Shown piece by piece: positions 55,346 to 64,000 of a stretch of 64,000 nt of DNA (its first letter is position 1; each line of letters begins with the position of its first letter). This stretch comes from Eledone cirrhosa (lineage: Eukaryota), in assembly GCA_964016885.1 (NCBI GenBank), contig OZ024755.1, positions 11,842,001 through 11,906,000 of the forward strand, in the 5' to 3' direction. Under the pieces are notes generated by a model that worked only from the letters and a program-made list of their open reading frames with translations, was not told the DNA's origin and made no database searches. The translations under genes and the position numbers were made by a program.

Positions 55346-56688
55346 ACTTACATAAAACCAGTATAGAATAATATGATATTCAACGTATAAGTATTTTACA
55401 TAGAACTGCCTTTAGTGTATATATAATATAGATAGAACTACCTCCAGTGTATATGTAATATATATAAAACTACCTTCAGAATATATGAAATATGTAATAT
55501 ATACATATAACTACCCTCAGTGTAATATATAATGTATATAAAACTACTTTCAGTGTATATGCACTATATATAGAACTAACTTCAGAGTATATGAATATGT
55601 ATATAGAGAATTACATCTAGCGTATACGAAATTCATATAGGACTACCATCAGGATATATGTAATATATACACAATTATCTTCAGGATATATAAAATTTAT
55701 ATAAAATTGTCATTAGGATATATGTATAAGGTATATTATAAAATGGATATTGTGTTTAGGCTTGGGCTCCAACCCCATAGACCACTTTATGGATGTTCGA
55801 ATGCTATTCAAGGTTTTTTCGCCTTACATTCCCCTGGTTTTAGGACTATACTGTAAAATAGTCCGTAGTAATATGTTTGTTAACTTACGACCACGTTTTA
55901 ATAATCGATAGTTTCTCTATTTTCAAGAATATGGAATATAGGCTCAGGAGTGCAGGTTCGAATCCTGTTCAAGGGTCTTCGCATTATTTTCTTTATTTTT
56001 TTATTGCGTGTGGCATTGCTGTAAAACTTACTGCAGTGAAAAAGCAGCAAAACTGAATATTTAAAAAGTATGCTTTGAGGTCATTAAAGTCTGATCATCT
56101 GCGTAACATATTGGGCAACTATTGTGTCGGACCAAGCTTTGTGAGTGAAAGTCGGTAGGCGAAAGCTGTTTGGAAGTCCATCAGATGGCAGTGTACCCGT
56201 ATTTTAAAGAGCTAGCTTTGTCATACACTGTTTCACGTTAAATTTCCATGAGAACAAAGTTTGTGGAATGCTCAATCACTTGCACGTTAATACCAGGAGC
56301 AGGAAGTACTACCGATTGAACAACTTCAACCCATGCCGCTGAAACCGACGTAAGACCAGTACATTATATATCGTCACCTTTGAAGACACCACTACCGTCC
56401 AAGCTATACATGCAAGAGATGAGAAGAGCCCGTAAAGTTACGAAACTCTCCTTATACACACTGAGAGAACTGAAACAATAAAAAGCCTGCTGCCATGATC
56501 CAAGGGCCAATGAATATTTAGAGAACATATTTTTTATTCATTGTAGGGTAATCAAAGTATCGATTAATCCAGAATTCCCAATATCCCATTCTCTCTTCAG
56601 CTATATCGACATACATACATAAATATCTAGATGCTTCTATATTTACATATATATGTGTGAGTGTACATATGTATGCGTATGTATGTAA

Positions 56689-56789
<101 letters not shown>

Positions 56790-57479
56790 GAGAGAGAGAG
56801 AGAGAAATATATACAGACACTCATGATATATATATACATATATGTAAACGTAAATTTACATACATATATCTGTGTGTATAAAATATATTATTCATTGTAG
56901 AGAAAATAATGGGGGAATCGATTGATCCAGAATTTAGTGTTGGTCGTCACGTGTTAATAGTGGAGGTCATGTTGTCCTAGCCTTCATGTTTAAGACATAA
57001 AATCGACAGTTCTGCATTTTATAGCCAAAAGGAGTGTCTGTGGTTGGCGAGAAATTGACGTCTGCATTGAATATGTGATATTATGTTATGTTATGTTATC
57101 TTCTGTTATGTTGTGTTGTGTTATGTTACAACGCAGAGGTTCTGTCACCACCATTAACTATGTTATGTTGTATGTTGTATTATGTAATGTTACAATTTAG
57201 TGAATCTACCGTTGTAGTTATCTGATAAGAAATAAAGATGTCCTGACTGAACGATGTAACCCAACCATGACTGTCACTTATAATTTTGAAATTATTGCAG
57301 CACAGTTTGGCTTAATCAAGATATAAACTGCGCATTTCAAAGGTATGTTTTGATATAAATAAGCATATCTCGCTCTCCATATATATTTACTTTTATATTT
57401 ATTATTCTTTTTCTCCTTTTCTTCTTCCTCCAGCCTCACTTTCATATTTATTATATTTTTGTTTTTCAAATCCACTTTC

Positions 57480-57574
57480 AATAAATACACCATGATTTTT
57501 TTCATTCTGACTGAAAGCAAATTTGTTTGCTTTGAAGAAACCACTGGTAAATGAAATAATTATCTTATGTTGTT

Positions 57575-57580
<6 letters not shown>
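57480..57580 (+). mobile_element. Family B Penelope-like 3' end with a small deletion in the hammerhead core
   Basis: cattctga-ctgaaagcaaatttgtttgctttgaa-GAAA-ccactgg-TA-aatgaaa...gtttat(TA)n. Confidence 0.75.
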
Positions 57581-57609
<29 letters not shown>

Positions 57610-57870
57610 TATCTACTATGTGATGGGTTAAACTAATATATATATATTTATATATTTACTATATCAAGGGTGAAAGTAAAATATATATTTAGTGTACCGT
57701 ATTGTTTGCCTTGTTGTTTTCCATTTACTTTTCGCACGTGTGTATGTGTGTGTATACATGCGTATATATATATTTATAAAGCGTTGAAATATCCGAGACC
57801 CACAGTAGACAACTGAAAAGGACCCCAACCCCACCCACCCCCGATATTACTCTCTTCTTATTCTCATCTC

Positions 57871-57927
<57 letters not shown>

Positions 57928-57931
<4 letters not shown>

Positions 57932-58118
57932 CGATGGATTGGCAGTATCGGTAGAGGGTCGGACGCCATGCTTTCCAGCATAGTTACGTCCCTTTACGAT
58001 CTGAGTTCAAATCCCGCCGAGGTTGACTTTGCCTTTCTTCCTTACGGGCGCGATAAAATAAAGTACCAGTAATGAACTGGATAATTGCTGGTCTTGTGCC
58101 TAAAGTAGAAACAATTAT
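57928..58118 (+). mobile_element. SINE family 1, full length
   Basis: Near-identical to the 4925-5112 copy. Confidence 0.92.
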
Positions 58119-58292
58119 ACATATATATATGTGTGTGTGTGTGTGTGTGTACGTATATATTATGCATATATATATATATAGAGAGAGAGAGAGATAAGTA
58201 GGTCTGTACGTAGACATGCATGTATGTATGCATGTATGTACGTATGTATGTACGTATGATATGTAAATGTGTGTGTGTGTATATATATGTAT

Positions 58293-58324
<32 letters not shown>

Positions 58325-58326
<2 letters not shown>

Positions 58327-58517
58327 AACGAATAGGACCCCGACGGCTGAGCTCAGGCCGTTTCGACGGCTAATTCTGGACAGAATTAGCCGTCGAAACG
58401 GCCTGAGCTCAGCCGTCGGGGTCCTACTCGTTCCTATTACCCACTCTACTACCCTAAGTATTGAGTACTTTGGTGCGTTATGGTCCACCTGGTTCCTTAC
58501 CACATTTCCTTCGTTAT
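58325..58517 (+). mobile_element. Family C Penelope-like fragment with a 108-bp near-perfect foldback
   Basis: Palindrome 58326-58433 containing the hammerhead 3' half GAAAcggc-ctgagctca-gccGTC-ggggtcc on both strands; flanked by (TA)n. Confidence 0.85.
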
Positions 58518-58600
58518 ATATATATACATATAAGTGGTTACACAACGGTTAGTTCACCATACCGAGAAGAATTGTTTCACCCTAGCGGATTCTCAGCTCG

Positions 58601-58642
<42 letters not shown>

Positions 58643-58668
58643 TTCCTTACCACATTTCCTTCGTTATA

Positions 58669-58702
<34 letters not shown>

Positions 58703-58743
58703 CATATAATATAAGATCAAAAGATGGTTAAAGGAGTTCCATA

Positions 58744-58814
58744 TATTTTATTATGCGCATTTCAAAAACAAACATCATCAAGCAATAATATTTGTGTTTT
58801 CATCAGATAAAACA
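58744..58814 (-). ncRNA. Type I hammerhead ribozyme (family H)
   Basis: Minus strand: tgttttat-CTGATGA-aaacacaaatattatt..gatgatgtttgttttt-GAAA-tgcgca-TA-ataaaata. Confidence 0.8.
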
Positions 58815-59126
58815 GGAGAACATGATATGTAGGCTAAAAAACACTTGTTGATAGTGCAGTTTTAAATCAACATATGAAAAGTGGTTTTAGATTGATGTGT
58901 GATATTGGGAAAAAATATTTTATTTAGAGAGGGGGGGGAGGATGAAAAGGGAAGGAGATGAGAGGGAGAGATGGGTGATAGAGAGAAAGAGATAGTTTTT
59001 ATAACTGAGAGGAGATATATTTTTTACATAGAGGGGTTGAAAACCGTTGGAAGATACTGTATAAATTAAAAATTTTGAAAATTAACGAAGGGAGGATATG
59101 TGCGAGGAAAAAATATTTTATTTAGG

Positions 59127-59302
59127 GAGGATTTCATATATCTCATCAACAGGCGCACACATACACATACATAGAAGCAAGCACACAAACACACACTATA
59201 TATATATATATATAGTGTGTCTGTGTATGAACATGTGTGTTTGTGTGCTTGCTTCTATGTATGTGTATGTGTGCGCCTGTTGATGAGATATATGAAATCC
59301 TC
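59127..59302. repeat. Inverted repeat (~68-bp arms) around a short (TA)n
   Basis: gaggatttcatatatctcatcaacaggcgcacac...gtgtgcgcctgttgatgagatatatgaaatcctc. Confidence 0.85.
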
Positions 59303-59536
59303 GTTCGAAAAGAGCCTGAGATGTGAGATGGGAATAACCTTCTATTGTGTGTGTGCTGGGGTGTGTATGTTTGGAGTGGTTAAATAAAATATTAGCTGTA
59401 CATCGGGTTGGCTGTAAGGTCCACCTCTGATATTCCTCATTATTGGAGGGAAATAACACTTTTAACAATGGATAACGTAATACTTTTGAAATATAAACAT
59501 ATCAATAAATATTTGAAGAATATTTTAACAATATAC

Positions 59537-59587
<51 letters not shown>

Positions 59588-59609
59588 CGTGCGTGTGTGC
59601 GTGTGTGCG

Positions 59610-59650
<41 letters not shown>

Positions 59651-59973
59651 TATGTGTATGTGATGTGTGCCCGTAATGAGGGAGAGTAGTTGTGTGTGTC
59701 AGTGTGTACTATATGGGTCTGAAGTGTGAATGTGCGTACGACATGTGGTAGGGTTGGTGTAATAAGTGAGTGTCACGTAGTTATGTGTATGTGTGTGATG
59801 TATGTGACTTGTGTGTGTGTGTGTGACGTGTGGGTATGTGTATGTGGGTTTGAGATGTGTTTGTAATCTTTCACCGTCTTCAGACAATACCCTGTGGCCA
59901 TACTATATAGACTATATAGAGAGATAGAGAAAATGACAGCAATATGATAGGAATAGAAATTGCTGTACACTAG

Positions 59974-60111
<138 letters not shown>

Positions 60112-60281
60112 GCGTGTGTGTGTGTGTGTGTGTGTATTCACCCATACATACATGCATGCTTATGAATCGCCCAGAAAGTAAAAAAAAAAAAAGAAGCAAC
60201 GTCCAAAACCAAGACAAGACTGGATTGAATTATCATATTGGACGTATGGACGTACGTACCTGTGTGTATATGTATAAATGA

Positions 60282-60346
<65 letters not shown>

Positions 60347-60377
60347 TAAAGGGATATATATATTTATATATATATTT

Positions 60378-60427
<50 letters not shown>

Positions 60428-60774
60428 ATGTATATTTGCATATATGGATATATGTATATATGGATATCTGAATATTTGAATATATCTATATATGAATTTG
60501 CGGGTATATAGATATATGATTATTCGGCTGTAAAATAGAGCCCAAGTGTTGAAGAATTCCAGAATCCCGTCCATTAATACCTCAGGAAATTGAATTGATA
60601 GAGAATTTTATAACGAACTTTTATTGTTTCTTTCAAAAGATTTGCTTCTCAATGACACCAACTCCAATTAACTTCTGGAGATCCTTTATTCTATTTACTA
60701 TATCTCATTCTCTCTTTAGTTATATGTACATACTTACATACATACAAATGCGCACATATATAAATATAAATATA

Positions 60775-60812
<38 letters not shown>

Positions 60813-61401
60813 TAAGTAAGTATGTATGTATGAGTGGATATATGTATGTATGTATATAACCTCAATGCGAAACAAGTGTTGCCTACTGAGTGCCTTCATC
60901 ATCCAATGATAATCTTACACTAGATTGTTACCCACTGGGGTATAATATATTTTATATTGCAATGGCCGCCACACCAACAGCATCGTAGCTTCTTCTTCTA
61001 TCTTTCTCTCTCCGCTCATCAGATCTTTTCTTTCCATGATGTGATTTTCTGTGCAGTCCAACACAGAAAACAGGCGTTGCATGTTATTATTATTATTTTT
61101 GTTATTATTACTATTATTATTATTATTATTAGTAGTAGTAGTAGTAGTAGTAGTAGTATTACTATTATTATTGCCACACATTGCATATTGCATGTATTGC
61201 ATTATACTACTGCGGTTTCCGTTGCTGTTGCATTATGTTGTAACATATTTTATTTCTGCTGAAGTATGTAGTATGGTGTATGTAGTGTCTATGGTTCTAT
61301 GAATAAACAACTAAACATTCTTGGTTTTAGTTTTCATCTGACTGCAGTACTGGAGCCCATCATTTAGTTATTATTTCCACTACCTATTCTGTCCTCTATG
61401 C

Positions 61402-61495
61402 AAATATGTATGTATGCAATGCGTGTAGGCAAATATATGTATGTATGCAATGCGTGTAGGCAAATATATGTATGTATGCAATGCGTGTAGGCAAA
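61402..61495. repeat. 31-bp tandem repeat, three copies
   Basis: atatgtatgtatgcaatgcgtgtaggcaaat occurs three times. Confidence 0.88.
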
Positions 61496-61684
61496 AATAC
61501 ACACACAAATACACACACACACACATATATATATATACATACACATATATATACACACACACACAAACACACACATATATATATATACATGTGTATATAT
61601 GTATATATATATATATACATATATAAATATATACACCCACACACATGCATACATATGTATATACATGCATACACACACGCATAC

Positions 61685-61724
<40 letters not shown>

Positions 61725-61744
61725 GAGTGAGAGAGAGAGAGAGA

Positions 61745-61789
<45 letters not shown>

Positions 61790-62369
61790 GAACAAAGAGA
61801 GAAAACAAAAACGAAATAAATAATCCAAATGAGAGTAAAAGGAACGTAGAAAGAGAGACAAGAAAACGAGAAGAAATACAGGGAGACAGTAAAGTGAAGA
61901 GAAACCATGGAGAAAGTGGCAAGGATCTTCCCAGCATCAGTTACTCTTCGCCGAATATCATCGCAGACTTGAATGGTTAACACGACCCTCGCAAGTAATC
62001 AACTTTGCTTGGAAAATAAATAATACACACGTGTAACGAAAGTTAAAAAAATAAAAACAAACATACATGTGTGGAAAGTCAGAAAATCACAACAAAAATA
62101 GATGTATGTAAAAAAATGTAGTAATATATTGATATTACAACATTGTTCCAAACATTTATTATGATGCTTTGCTAAATAAAAGATGTAACGATTTTCTCTC
62201 TTTGTTGCTCAGTGAAACAGCGGAGAAGCAAGCCTAGCTCCAAACTTTTTTTTCCGACTGAAGAAATTCCTGTCTAGTTCAGTTTAGAAATCCACTTCAG
62301 AAAGGCTACAACGGAACACAATACCATTCATCTTTCATCTCTTAATCTGAAATCTACTGTCAATGTAAG

Positions 62370-62660
62370 AGAGCGCATGGCTTAGTGGTTAGAGGTGTCC
62401 AGCACAGTATCGTAAAGTCGTGACCTTGATTCTTTGAAAGGGTGTCACGCTGTGTCCTTGAGCATGACACTTTGTTTCACGTTGCTCTAGTCCATTCAGT
62501 TGGCAAGAATAAGTTGTACCTGTAACTGAAGGGACCAGCCTTGTCACACATTGTCTCTCTGAGAACTACGTTAAAGGTACACGTATCTGTAAACTGCTCA
62601 GCCAAATGCCCCTTAATTTGACGAGTAGGTTGTTCCAGCTGGAGCACTCGTCGTTGAAAT
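62370..62660 (+). mobile_element. SINE family 2, near full length
   Basis: gcgcatggcttagtggttaga head, tgtgtccttgagcatgacacttt CORE-like segment, gagaactacgttaa body. Confidence 0.8.
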
Positions 62661-62800
62661 CACCGAAAATTCGACAACGACAACCGGCAGGGAAGCAATA
62701 TTGTAATTATTGATCAGATGTAAATTTACTGCAAATATTGATGATGATGATGATGATGATTAAGCCTCCGTCGGAATATAGTGTGTGTGTGTGTGTAGTT

Positions 62801-62881
<81 letters not shown>

Positions 62882-63673
62882 TTATAATGTGTGTGTGTGT
62901 AGAGAGAGAGACAGGACTGAAATATGTTGTAGACGAAGAGACCGAGTGAGAGAACAAGAATATAGTGTGTAGATATAGGACTGGAATATAGGAGATAGAG
63001 ATAGAGAGGGGGAGGGAGGGAGAGGGAGAGAGAGAGAGAGAGAGAGGTAGAGGGAGAGAGAAAGTGAGCAGGAATATAGTGTATAGAGAACGGTCTGGAG
63101 TATATAATGAAAATGGAAAAGGGACGGAAGTAGGCAAACTCTACACACTTGCCTTGACGATTTACCGCAACTGCGCCCCACGGTCAAGATGCCGAAATTC
63201 ATTGCGGCTGAGAACAGCCAGCTACAACCGTTTCCTCAGCCATTCCATTTCATGGCGGTTTCTCTTTCCACAGATAGGATGCACTCCTCAGGATTAAGTG
63301 GATGGAGGAAAACATCAGATAAGACACCGAGAAGGATGCAGTTGTTTAAATTCAGATATTTCGTAGGAAATGTCATCCGTAAATCACACTAAATTACTGG
63401 TAAAACAGTTCGATATATTCGTCATTGCTTTACTCTAATATCTTTCGTCTCGTTTCAGTCATTACACTGCAGCAATCAGTTGTTGAAGTGGATCATACTG
63501 CCCACAGTACTTCACAAGCCAAATACATTTTCTATGGATCTCTTTGTATCGAACTACTTAATGTGTTGTGTGTGTTTATACACGTATGTACGCATCTGTA
63601 CAGATGAGACACCGATGAACCCCCAATATATATATATATATATACATACATACATATATAGACATACACACAC

Positions 63674-63733
<60 letters not shown>

Positions 63734-64000
63734 CATACATACATACATACATACATACATACATACATACATACATACATACATACATACATACATACAT
63801 ACGCACGCATACATCTGCGTTGTGCGTATGTGCATGTTTATGTGTCATATATATTTGCTAATGCTAGGTTTTGCCGAATGCCTTCATGATATATTCCAAA
63901 AATAATCCATAATATACGAAAGCTGACATATAATTGCAGGTAATAAAGGTATTACAGGTAATATGTTACATAATTGTGTGTAGACTCTACCTTATGCAGG

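Noticed and set aside
55935-55985. tRNA gene (ggttcgaatcc B box)
   Set aside because: No complete cloverleaf; more likely a SINE head fragment.
59857-59890. Minus-strand CTGAAGA-cggt-GAAA
   Set aside because: Stems II and III are too short to form; at best a decayed remnant.
63110-63392. Gypsy gag-like start (VKMPKF)
   Set aside because: Only a few residues of resemblance, with no LTR, PBS or downstream domains.

Overview
Eukaryotic, AT-rich DNA dominated by repeats, with no recognisable host protein-coding gene. Almost all entries in the ORF track are translations of (TA)n/(CA)n/(GA)n microsatellites. The SINE repertoire and microsatellite load suggest an octopod cephalopod (inference). 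The window holds many copies of at least two tRNA-derived SINE families, decayed LINE fragments (RTE, L1/Tx1-like, R4/Dong-like), a non-autonomous Helitron, several minisatellites and a 200-N gap. The main unannotated signal is a set of short elements in or beside (TA)n tracts that carry type I hammerhead ribozyme motifs (CTGANGA-stem II-GAAA-stem III-TH, with a pairing stem I). By eye I count about 15 with intact cores and several decayed ones, from several unrelated sequence families. Many occur as long head-to-head foldback palindromes with one ribozyme on each strand. One family is physically linked to a decayed GIY-YIG endonuclease ORF (44697-45179, minus), which identifies it as a Penelope-like retroelement (Neptune-like). 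A bipartite RTE-derived element also appears to start with a damaged HDV-like ribozyme. All calls were read by eye and coordinates are approximate to a few bases.
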